Shown here: positions 1 through 10,842 of the stretch, in pieces | Position numbering within the stretch: the stretch's first letter is position 1 | Layout of the letters: each line of letters begins with the position of its first letter | From: Camelus ferus | Taxonomy: Eukaryota | Reading direction: 5' to 3' | Assembly: GCF_009834535.1 (NCBI RefSeq) | Contig: NC_045697.1 | Location: 40,116,001 to 40,180,000, forward strand | Length of the DNA: 64,000 bases | The notes under the pieces: model-generated | What the model was told of the DNA's origin: nothing | The model's database searches: none | What the model saw: only the letters and a program-made list of their open reading frames with translations | Translations under genes and position numbers: made by a program

Positions 1-793
1 TTAGGGTGGGTATGTCCCTGGTATCTTTCAACCAGTCCCCACCAGCACGTCTCCACTGGGCGGGTATTTCCCCCCAGTATCTTTCAACTGGGGGTCCAGG
101 TACCTGGATACACCACCAAATAAAATTCAGTATCATCAACCAATATGGGAGATCTGAGAACCTGGAGAGACTCACCCAAATTTGTCTGGACTCCCCAAGG
201 AGGCAGATGGGCACAAAGGGCCACTGCTGGTACCAAGGCTCCAGTTCCTCATAGAGTTCAGGCGAAGGAGAGAAGTCTGCTCTGGGTCCCTCCCTTCTTA
301 GTGGTCACCAAAACTGTCAACTGAAGTTAATGCACAGCCTAAAAGTTGTGAGTTATGTTTTAATCGGCCAGAGGACTCAAGCCAGGATAACAGCTTCTCA
401 GATCACTCTGAGAAACTGCTCCGAAGAGGTAGGAGAGGAGCTAGGACATATAGGAATTTTACAACAAAGACCAGGTAGTCGGAACATTAAAAGATTACTT
501 GTTAAATGAAGAATACTGGATGTGTCAAGTTAAAGAATTTAGTGCTTTCCTATGTATGGGGGGGAGCAAACATTTGGGCTCATTGAATTCATTCCTTTGA
601 CAAGCATCTAGCTATCTAGGGCCAATATCCTGTCCTTTCTTATTCTCAGTCCCCTCAGAGTGCACCATTGTGAGTGGCTGCAGAGGCTGGGCTGCAGGCT
701 TGTCTTCACTGGAGGGTGGCGGTAGCAGCTGATGACTTGATGGCTTCAGCATTCTTTGTTTACTGATACGGCTTGCAGTATTTTTCGGTCACA
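1..793 (-). mobile_element. ERV1-class 5' LTR (315-793) with PBS and leader (1-314), continuing off-window
   Basis: TG...CA termini; - strand TGGTGACCAC...GAAGGGA right after the LTR (tRNA-Arg-like PBS); donor GGTGAGT at 170-176; clear similarity to 3258-3922. Confidence 0.8.
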
Positions 794-1084
794 GGGACCA
801 AAAGGAGGTCCCTTTGGCCCTCCAAACTTAGGTAGTGTTGTATCCAAAACCTTTGTTTTAATCCCATTAACATCTGTTTTATTTATTTCATTTCTTAACC
901 ATCTAAAGATTTTTATCCTTTAAAATTTGTTGGGAAGAAGTCTCTAGACTTTCCCATCAGTTTTTTCTAGTTCCCCTGTTAATCCACCTAACTAACAGTT
1001 AATCTACTGTTTTTATTAGCATCTGTAAGTTTCACTGAAGGGAAACAGACTACAAATGCAGCTTCCCAAACTGATTTTTGTTGT

Positions 1085-2290
1085 TGTTTTTAAAATTTAT
1101 TTTTATTTATTTATTTATTTATCATCTTTATCCTTTTTTTTAACACCTGTAGTGTGGTGTGATTCCTGTACAGTGAAATACACATATTTCAGATGTACAA
1201 CTTGATGAATTTTGATAGGTGTATACACCAGTGGAAACCATCACCACAATCAAGAGAGCTAACATTTCCATCACTCCCCAGGAGGTACAAATTTCGAATT
1301 CCCAGTTTATCCCTTCCCATCTCCTTTACCCCCTGGTAACCATAAGTTTGTTCTTTACGTCTGTGAGTCTGTTTTTGTTTTGTAAACAAGTTCATTCGTG
1401 TCTTTTTTTTTTCTTTTTTTAGATTCCACATATAAATGATATCATATGGTATTTTTCTTTCTCTTCATGGCTTTCTTCACTTAGAATGACAGCCTCCAGG
1501 TCCATCCAGGTTGCTGCAAATGGCATTATTTTATTCTTTTTATGGCTTAGTAGTATTCCATTGTGTACATATACCATATGTTCTTTATCCAGTCATCTGT
1601 TGATGGACATTTGGGTTGTTTCCATGTCTTAGCTATTGGAAATAGTGCTGCTGTGAACACTGGGGTGCATGTATCTTTTTCAATTATATTTTCCTCCAGA
1701 CATATGTCCAAGAGTAGGATTGCTGGATCAAATGGTAAGTTTATTTTTAGTTTTTTAAGGAACCTCCGTACTGTCCTCCATAGTGGCTGAACCAGTTTAC
1801 ATTCCCACCAGCAGTGTAGGAGGGTTCCCTTTTCCCCTCACCCTCTCCAGCATTTACCATACATGGACTTTTTAATAATGGCCATTCTGACTGTTGTGAG
1901 GTGATATCTCATTGTAGTTTTGATTTGCATTTCTCTAGCAATTAGTGATGTGCTTGTTGTCTATCTGTCTGTCTTCTTTAGAGAGGTGTCTATTTAGCTC
2001 TTCTGCCCATTTTTTGATTGGGTTGCTTATTTTTTTGATATTAAGCTGTATGAGTTGTTTGTATATTTTGGAAATTAGTCCCTTGTCAGTCACATCATTT
2101 GCAAATATTTTCTCTCATTCTGTAGGTTGTGTTTTCATTTTGTTGATAGTATCCTTAGCTGTGCAAAAAGTTTTAAATTTAATGAGACCCCATTTGTTTA
2201 TTTTTGCTTTCGTTTCCATTACTCTAGGAGCTCGTTCAAAAAAAATATTGCTGTGATTTATGTCAACGAGTGTTCTACCTATGTTTTCCT
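1085..2290 (-). mobile_element. L1 3'-end fragments (3' UTR and ORF2 C-terminal remnant)
   Basis: T-rich tail and typical L1 motifs (gatggacatttgggttgtttccatgtct, cattcccaccagcagtgtaggaggg) also present in the 53811-56712 L1. Confidence 0.85.
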
Positions 2291-3922
2291 GTTGTTTGTT
2301 TTAAACTAAGGGATTTCTTAAGGTTAGCCTTTTTCATTTTTTTGTATCTACCTTCTACTTTGGTCTTTTCATAGGTACCGATAAAATAGCTGTTTATATT
2401 GAGAGCTCTTTAAAAATTTACCAATTCAGGAGTTTCTCCAGTTTAAAGGATCTATCGTCTGGCCACTGAAGAATAGCATCTTAAAGACTACTCAACCCAG
2501 TAAGATGAGAAAGGTGTCCCCACAACAGAATGCAGAGGATGCAGCCTTCACAAGATCTAGAAAGTTTACTCCCTAAAATACTAAGAAAGTGAAGGCCTTC
2601 ATTGTATAGACAAATGCAACAAAGATTGAGATGACAGGAGCCCCTTATGGGCTGGGACCCCTTATGATAAAATTCTCCAAGAGTTGGCACAACCAGACAA
2701 AGACTGCTCAGAATCCCAGATTATTGGCTGGCTGACAGATATACATCATATGCGTACTTCCTGGATTCCAAGAACCAAGCTCTCAAGACACGGGGGGGGG
2801 GGGGGGGGGGGGGGGGCGCCTAAGAAGATCAGGTAGAATATTTACATCTCAAAGACACACAGCGAGAAATGCAAGTTTCTCCTAGAAGGGCCTTTGTTCC
2901 TTTAAGGTCAGAATTCTGAAAAGATGGTTTCTCAAGCTGGCTTTTTCTAGATGCACACACATACACACACACAAATTAACTTTGGAATATCAAAAGAACC
3001 CCAATTCGGTCATTTTTAGGGTGAGATGTCCTTTAATTCTCAGGTAAGCAAGTTCTTGTAGGAATAAATTCTGTACATGCATAATAAAATCTTCCTAGTG
3101 TCTCTCAACTGGGGTAGCCCACTCAGTGTCTTTCAATTGAGCAAAATCTTCCCAGGATCTTTCATCTTGGGTAATTTCATCTTGAGTAACCCAGGTAACT
3201 CTTCTTGAAACTAAGTTCAAGGAAAACCTACTCTTCCAGAGAGGAGTTTATCCACCACCAAATAAAACTTAGGATCATCAGCCAATAAGGGGAGATCCAA
3301 GAACCAGGAGAGACTCACCCAAGTTTGCCTGGTCTGTCTGAGAGGGCAGACAGGCTTAAGAGGCCTCTGCTGGTACCAAGGCTCCAGGTCCTCGTAGAGC
3401 CCAGGCAAAGGGGAGAAGTCTGCTCTGGGTCCCTTTACTGTTCGCCAGAATGGTCAACTGAAGAAAAACGCACAACCTGAAAGTTTCAAGTTAAGTCTTA
3501 TTTGAAGATCTTACTGAGGACTGTAGCTGGGAGGCAGCCTCTCAGGTAGCTCTGAGGAACTGCTCCAAAGAGGTAAAGGAGAGGCCAAGATACATAGGAA
3601 TTTTTTGCTTTAAAAAAAAAAATCTAGTCAAACATCAGAGATTACTGTTAGTCACAAGAAACAGACATCTCAAGTTAAGACTTCGGTGCTTTTCTAGGTA
3701 TGGGAAGATGCAAGAATCTGGGCTCATTGAAATTGTTTGTTAGATATGCATTTTAACTATCTTGGGCCAGCACCCAAAGCACATAATGCTGCTGCTTTTT
3801 CTCTATCCTGATTTCCCCTCAGCATGTGCCATGGGGTGAGGGGGTTGGGGGGGGGTGTGACTGCAGTGGCTGATGGCTTGATCCCTGTTTACCGGAATGA
3901 CAGGCTACATTCCCTGTCCACA
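2290..3922 (-). mobile_element. Second related ERV1 5' LTR (~3451-3922) with PBS and internal leader
   Basis: - strand TGGCGAACAGTAAAGGGAC PBS-like sequence next to the LTR; donor GGTGAGT at 3313-3319; homologous to the 1-793 element. Confidence 0.75.
2792..2816 (+). repeat. G25 homopolymer
   Basis: 25 consecutive G. Confidence 0.95.
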
Positions 3923-3939
3923 TCTATCAGATCCTTCTT

Positions 3940-4001
3940 AAATGTAAATGAGTGTGAATGTAAGTGTAAAATGAGTGTAAATGTAAAATGTAAATGTAAA
4001 T
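3940..4001. repeat. Degenerate (TGTAAA)n low-complexity tandem repeat
   Basis: aatgtaaatgagtgtgaatgtaagtgtaaaatgagtgtaaatgtaaaatgtaaatgtaaa. Confidence 0.7.
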
Positions 4002-4392
4002 AAGTTCCCTTCATCCTGAAGCTGGACTGTTGTTATACTTGCCCTTGTGTTTCCCTTACTGGGCAGAGTTGGGGGAGGTGGGGAAATGGGGTTGTTTTGG
4101 AATGGGTCAGACAGCAGAGAATCATTATGAAATCTCCATTGGCTGTGACCTTGCTCTGGGAATAAGGCGCCTCCTCCTGCCTGCTGGAGTCCTGGGCCCT
4201 CCCCGCCCTCCCAGCCTTACCTTCTTGTGGATAAAGAAGAGGGCTGCAGACAGGGTGTACTACTGGCATCCTAAAGTATGTATCTGAATCCACTCTTCCT
4301 AAGAATCTAGGTACTGTTTCTACTTACAGTTTCTGAGTGCTTGTCTTGTGTCTAGTATTGTATTTAGGGCAAAGCATACCCAGCTGTCATAG

Positions 4393-4941
4393 TGAGGCAG
4401 GAAGGAAGTGGGCAGGACACAGCCATTAAAGGAATGACATAGCGGTTGGCACCAAGATGGTGGAAGATTCAACTCCCAGTAGATCTGGAGGCCAAAGATG
4501 GCGGGACATTCAACCTCCAGTGGACCTTAAGCTTCATTATACTCATTGTAAGGTACTAGCATGGTGAATGACACACCCACAGGTGCCATGACAATTCCAA
4601 AGACAACCATGAAAGATCAAAAGAGTGAGCAGTGGCCCAGCTCCTGGGAATCCCTGACCTTTCCCCAAGGTAGTTGGAATAATCCTCTCACTTGTTAGCA
4701 TATAAAAACAAGCAACACCGCACCTCAAGGGCTTGAGCTCTCTCTCTTGCTTTTGAGAGGGCCTGCACTCTGTCTGTGGAGTGTGTATCTACCTTATTTT
4801 AACAACTTCCCCCGCCCCCCTCCCCGTTTCCATCTCTCTAAATAAATCCACTTTTACTCAACTATGGCTCACTCTTGAATTCTTTCCTGTGTGAAGCCAA
4901 GGACCCTCACTTGGCAGGGCGTGTCCCAGGGACTTGTGACA
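4393..4941 (+). mobile_element. Solo ERV1 LTR, MER41-like
   Basis: TG...CA ends with atag/gtag flanks; TATAAAA 4701, AATAAA 4841; reverse-complement similarity to 7065-7682. Confidence 0.75.
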
Positions 4942-5170
4942 GTAGGCTGGGAGGGGTGTGCAGGCCAGTGTCCCCATCTTGGCTGTTGGATGATTACAGT
5001 AGCCTCTACATGGTCTCCCTATTCTCTGCTCCTCCCTCAGTGCCCCCCCCCCCCAAGTCAGAGTCATCTTTTTAAACATTGTTAGATCTTATCTTTCCTC
5101 TACCCAGAACTTTTTGGTGCCTTCCAGTCTCATTTGAAGCCAAAGCCAAAGTTCTTGCCGTGGCCTATGG

Positions 5171-5694
5171 TGTGTGCAGTGCCGACTGGTGCCTGCCGAG
5201 GCCCTGAGACCCCCATTCCCAGGCTGTCAGATGTCCACCTGCAATCCCTGAAAAAAACAAAGTACACCCTTTCCTAACGTGTTTGCCGTAGCAGAATTAA
5301 CAGCCCTGGGAAATGACTAGCCTCACCGAGGCTCAGGCCGACTTGTTCTCCTCATTATCGGAATCATAAATTCCACTACCTTGCCTGTGTCAGCCCATGT
5401 CTCCATCTCACTGGAGTCATAAATCTACTACCCGCCTTATACCAAAGCCCCTTACCTCACTTACAGCCAATCAGAAATCTGTTACCCTATCCCTTTGTGT
5501 TCACAGCCCCTTCCCTAATAAAAGACCCTTCACGTTCACACCTGGTGGACACACAGGCACCTCTTGCCTGTGTGGCCCACTGTTGCCTGTAGCAGCAAAC
5601 CTATTAAACCTTCCTTTGTTCTTGAACTTTCTTTGCCTTTGGTAAATTCTTCTTACCAACCGGAGTCACAGGCTCCACCAAGTGTCCCTCAACA
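5171..5694 (+). mobile_element. Solo ERV LTR (5' boundary approximate)
   Basis: CCAAT 5467, TATA-like TAATAAAAG 5516, ATTAAA 5603, ends ...caaca; no clean TSD found. Confidence 0.6.
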
Positions 5695-5699
5695 ATACT

Positions 5700-6501
5700 G
5701 TATATGTTATATATACATCTACATATATTCTCTGCACTCATGCCATAGCTTACTTTAATTTTTTTTATATTTCTAGGCTATGTAGTTTGCAAGTTTTTTC
5801 AGATTGTTGCAAATCTCAAAAATAATTTTCCAATATATTTATTGAAAGGAACTCTGCATATAAGTGGACCTGCACAGCTCAGACCTGTGTTGTTCAAGGT
5901 GATGCCAAATGCAAGTTCATGTGTAGGACGCACGGTGAGGCAAGCAAACGGAAAAGTCGGATTTTGGAGCAGAGAAAGGTTTACTGCAGGGCCAAGCAAG
6001 AACAGATGGCTCGTGCTCAAAAGACCTGAACTCCCTGTTGGTTTTCTGGGAGGTTTCTATAGTCAAAATCTTGGGTGAGGGCTGCAGGGTGTATGACTTT
6101 CTTCTGATTGGTTGGTGGTGAGGTACCAGGGCGGTGTTCCAGGAATCTTGTGCTCAGCCTGAAGTTACCAACCTCCACCTGGGTGGGGGCCTTAGTTCCT
6201 TCAGTAGAACTCGGGGATATGTATCAGATTGCTACGCAAATCCCTTGAGGAGGAATCAGGACCCTTCCCCATTGCTGCACTATTGTTTCCTGACTGCCTT
6301 TCCCTTGTTTTGCGTTCCTTCACTCTGAAGAGTAACTGTTTGACTCTGTCCTTTGGAATTCAGGGAAGGTTTAGGAGGCTGAAGCCTTTTCCTACAAACA
6401 AGAAATAGGTGTATGTAGGGGGCAGAGAGGGGGACACAGAAAGTCTTTGGTACCCAGGAGGGCCCCACAGGATCCTGCTCAGTTTCAAAGGGTCAACTGT
6501 A
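5700..6501. mobile_element. Tigger2/MER8-type DNA transposon end, interrupted by an LTR
   Basis: ttttccaatatatttattgaaa...ataagtggacctgcacag...gtgttgttcaagg / gtcaactg-ta rebuilds a Tigger terminal inverted repeat with TA target. Confidence 0.8.
5900..6487 (-). mobile_element. Solo ERV1 LTR with 4-bp TSD AAGG
   Basis: TG...CA ends; AAGG at 5896-5899 and 6488-6491. Confidence 0.85.
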
Positions 6502-7064
6502 TTTACTTTATGTGCACTTCCATCTATTTAAAAAGATTGAGACTAAATTGAAAAATTAAAGGGACAGGAAACAGATCCATGGTTGTCAGGGGCTGGGGTG
6601 GGAGGAGGGGATTTCTTTGGGGTGATGGAAATGGTCTGTCTTGATTTTGGTGGTTGTATGACTACATTTTCAAAAGTTCAAAAACTATACTTAAAGAGGA
6701 TGCGTTTTACTGTTTACAACACTGTTTTTGGTTGGCATGTTTTCAATAAACATGACAAGAAACAAAGATTAGGCTGATTCATGAGTAGAGTTGGCAGTAT
6801 ATTAGAAGGAATGTTATACCTACCAAAATATTCCCTCTTTTTGGGGAGTCATCTATACCTTTTTTCCACAAGTCATTGATTTCCCCATAGATCCCTAGCT
6901 GGCCTTGCCAGTATCTCCTCAGCTGGAAGGATGAGGATGTTTAGGACAGGTGAGGAGAGGGCTGAGAGGGGACCTGCCGAGCTTCCAGAGTCACGTCTTA
7001 GCTCCCTACAGTCACCCTTTGATGGCTTTTGCTTACCTCTCCAGCCTCAATTTCTTACTGCCCC

Positions 7065-7682
7065 TGTTGAGGGGCAGAATAGGTTCTTGCCTCGTGCAGG
7101 AAAGAATTCAAGAGCAAGGCATGGTAAAGTGAAAATAACTTTATTTAGAGAGATACATACTCTATAGACAGAGTGCAGTCTGTCTCCCTCAGAAGGGAAA
7201 ATGGCTTAGGCGATACACACTTCATATGCAGAATGTAGACCATCTCAGAAAGGTGAGAGGGAGAGAAGCCGAGAGGTGTGGGGTGTTTAAAGTAAAAGTC
7301 AATACATACTCCGTGGACAGAGTGCGGACCAACTCAGAAGGTGAGCACAACAGAGCGAGGGTGGCAGAGCGAGTGAGAGCGGCCACAAGGTGCGGAGTTG
7401 TTAGGGTTTATGGGCTCGGCAATTTCATATGCTAACAAGTGGGAGGATTATTCCAACTGCTTTGGGGAAGGGGCAAGGATTTCCAGGAAACATCCTCCCT
7501 GCCCACTTTTGACCTCTTAAAGGCAGCCTAGGAACTGTCACGGTGCCTGTGGGTGCGCCATGACTCTCGAGGTCTGCTGGCAGTAGAATCTTCCACCATC
7601 TAGGTTCTAACCAGCTTGTCCTGTCTTTGATGGCTGTGTCATTCCTTCAGTGATTGTGCCCTGCCCCTTTCCTCCCACTTCA
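7065..7682 (-). mobile_element. Solo ERV1 LTR, MER41-like, with internal triplication
   Basis: Reverse-complement homology to 4393-4941; TTTATT near 7140; three copies of atacatactc...gacagagtgc...ctcagaagg. Confidence 0.75.
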
Positions 7683-7833
7683 CTCCTTCCCGAAACATAA
7701 ACTATAGTATTTTAAACTGCATGTGTTTCCCAACAGTCTCTTTCAGTTTAAGACTTTTGCTTTCCTTTACTAGACCAACTTTCTCTTTTCCCCTCTTCAC
7801 ATCATCTGGTTAGTCTCCTCTAGGAAGCCACTT

Positions 7834-8546
7834 CTTTTTTTTTTTTAATCGAAGTACAGTTGATTTACAGTGTGTTAGTTTCTGTTGTACAGCAGAGCGA
7901 TTCAGTCATATATGTACATGTTGCAGAAAAATGTGTTATAGCTCAGTGTTACAGCTCAGTTGTAACAGCAACCTGGATCTGGGCAAGAGACCAAGCAGCA
8001 CTCGGAGAGTTGGAGAACTCAGGTTTATTATGCCAGCGGGCCCAGAGGAGTTAACACTCCAAGCTCTGGACCCCGTCTGTAGGTTTACACAGGCTTTTAT
8101 AGGCTGCCAGTTTACACTTTGCAACATCATATGCAAATAAAGTATAACAAAAGTTGATTAATTAGGAACAAGTTTTGTAGAAATGAACCAATCAGGAGGG
8201 AGAGAAATAACCAATCAGGAGTGAGCTCCATGCAAATGAAGTACTACAAATGGACCAATCAGGAGTTGGCTTAGGGAACCAATAGAATTTTAGGGGTAAG
8301 GTCCACTTTCCTAGAAGTAAGCCATTTCAGAGGCAAAAAGTAAGATAGAGCCGCTGGGCCAGGGAACCGGATGGTGCTGGCAGGAGAGTAGTGGCCCTGC
8401 CTGGGGGTCCTGCCGGTCTTTTTTATGGGGCTTCCCACCTCATACATACATGTTCTTTTTCATATTCTTTTTCATTATAGGCTATTATAAGATATTGAAT
8501 ATAGTTCCCCGTGCTATGCAGTAGGACCTTCTTGTTTAAATGTCTG
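7834..8546 (-). mobile_element. Short L1 3'-end insertion with 13-bp TSD, split by an LTR
   Basis: TAGGAAGCCACTT (7821-7833) and TAGGAGGCCACTT (8547-8559); poly-T tail; L1 3' UTR motifs on both sides of the LTR. Confidence 0.8.
7919..8442 (-). mobile_element. Solo ERV1 LTR with perfect 4-bp TSD TACA
   Basis: TG...CA ends; TACA at 7915-7918 and 8443-8446; reversed polyA and TATA signals. Confidence 0.88.
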
Positions 8547-10347
8547 TAGGAGGCCACTTTTGACCCCCCACCTCCCACCTCTAGGTCATGTTCTCTCTGA
8601 GGGATGAAACTGTCTTTTAATCTTTCAGTTCTCAAGTGAATTTGAGGTTGTAGGCAAAGAGGTGGGGAAGGACATTCCTGGCTGGAAGAATGTCCTGCTT
8701 TGAAATGGGATAATAATATATTCTCTGAACTCCAGCTGTGTTAATATATTGAGTTCTTAGGTAGTATTCCTTAAGACTTGTCCTTGCCTTTCACAGATCC
8801 CAAGTGAAACCTTCTGTGGTGTGTATTTATGCCCTAATTTGTATATGTAGTTTACTGATCCTACCAGAATTTAACTTCTCCAGATGACCTCTCTAAACAT
8901 GATGCTTAGTGACTTCCTCTTGTTTGTGCTTATAATATCTTTAAGAAGCTACTTTGCTCAATATAGGGCTGTGTGATTTGGTCTTTCATTCAGTGGAAAT
9001 AACTGAGCAGAATATGATGAGCTCCAAAGGATACAAAAATAATGGACGTTAAGTCCCTGCTTTTACAATAGCCTCTAGGCAGATTTTGTCTTCAGATGCA
9101 AATATAGCTTTAGACAGTGGCAGATTTGCAATAAAGTCTAAAGGAGTTACCTTTAAATATCATTCTTTTACTTATAATTTGGGAGATGGCTGAAGGCCAA
9201 AAGGGTAGGAGAGAAATTTCCTGCACTAAAGCTGGAGCTAGAAAAAAATGTTAATACTAATTTGTTTGGTGTGCTGTGATCTAAATACTGGTCATACATT
9301 GTTAGAGAGATCTTTGTGACTGCTATAAGAAAGCCTTGGAGTGTGGCTGGGAGGGTTATAGTTTATTTAAATTGATTATTTTTCTTTCATTGGCTCACCT
9401 TTGGTATTTGACATTCTGAATAAAGGAGTATGAAATTCACTATGAAAATGTTATGAAATATTGTGTTATGGTCAAAAATGTTTTGGTAAAATGTGAAGTC
9501 TGTTTGGGGATCAGATTCAGTTCTTTAGAGATTCACCTCATTTGTTTGAGGAAAGTAATCTAATTCAATTAAACAGTTGTTCGGAAGACAGTTCTAAAAA
9601 AACTGATCATTGCCTTTTTCAGCCATTGTATACTGATCATTTTATAGATTTGTTATTCTCAACCTGAAATAAATAACACTATCATGTTTTTGAAGTAAAT
9701 ATAATATAGTTTTGTGCTGTTTTAAAACTCAGAAATGAATTTGATAACAGCATGTACCAAGTATATGTATCTTTTTTTTTTTTGATGCGGGATGGATATG
9801 GGAGTGATTGGGGTGGCCTCGAAATGTTCAAGTATATATATCTTTTATGAGGTTATAAAATTGGTTATTTATAAAGTAACCCAGGAATGACTAACTATAT
9901 TTTGAAAAAGTAAACAGTCTAGACATATGTTGTCCAATATGGTAACTATCAGCCACATGTGGCTATTTAAAATTAAGTGAATAAATTAAATAACAGAAGA
10001 TTCACCAGCTACATTTGAAGTGCTAGGTCGTGGCCAGCACTGTTTTATTTTCCCTCTGCTTGTTACTAAAGAATGTGGAAAGAAGCATCAGTACTTTTCC
10101 ATCTGACCTCCAGTTATCTTGAACTGCAGTATATGAGAGAATCACTTCTTTGGGCCTTATTTACATCCTTTTTACACATCACGAACCAGATTACCATCTA
10201 TAAAATAAGTGATTTGTTGTGTAATTTGTAGGAATGAAGGGAGTTGGTAATTTTTAACTTTGTCAAATTGCGTATTTCTTGGCTGGTGCTTCCTGATCGT
10301 CACTGTTTTAAACATATCCTCAGGACTCAGTGCTTGAATTTCCTCTT

Positions 10348-10842
10348 AGTTGCAGAAGAGGGGAGGAAAAACTTTTCCTCTGCTCTCTTAGGTTCAGTTC
10401 TTGGTGGGGGAGGGCCTGCAAATTAAACCAAAATATAAATTAACAAGAGAAAAGATCAGTTAACATTTAATCATGTGGAAAGGGAGTTCACAGAAAAATG
10501 TGACTCAAAAGGGTGGTTAGAATATGAGGCTTAAATACTATCTTAATAGAAGGGGAGAGGGAAAAGGGCACTTAGGGAAACACACAAATGACTTTTAGGA
10601 AAAATAACTGGGCCTTTAGGAGAATAGATGGGAAATATGACAGTTTTTTGACAGGTCTGTTTAGGTGCAGATTTCTCTTTGTCTTAAGTAGTGAGTCGGT
10701 TTTCCCTGGTTGCTTCCAGGGATAGGATTTATGACAATTAATTTGGTGGTGGTGGGGCTCTGCTTTTAGGCAGATAAGGGATATCAGGAACACAGATGGA
10801 TTCAGCTCAAAGTAACTTTTATGCTGCGGTTGTGTATTCAAC
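10348..10842 (-). mobile_element. Older ERV1 LTR (family uncertain); related fragment at ~11305-11400
   Basis: aaaacttttcctctgctctcttaggttcagtt...ggcctgcaaattaaac; segment 10490-10560 recurs at 11310-11385. Confidence 0.55.

Noticed and set aside
7150..8283. Repeated units resembling a repeat-spacer (CRISPR-like) array
   Set aside because: They are diverged internal LTR repeats in mammalian DNA, without regular spacing or associated genes.
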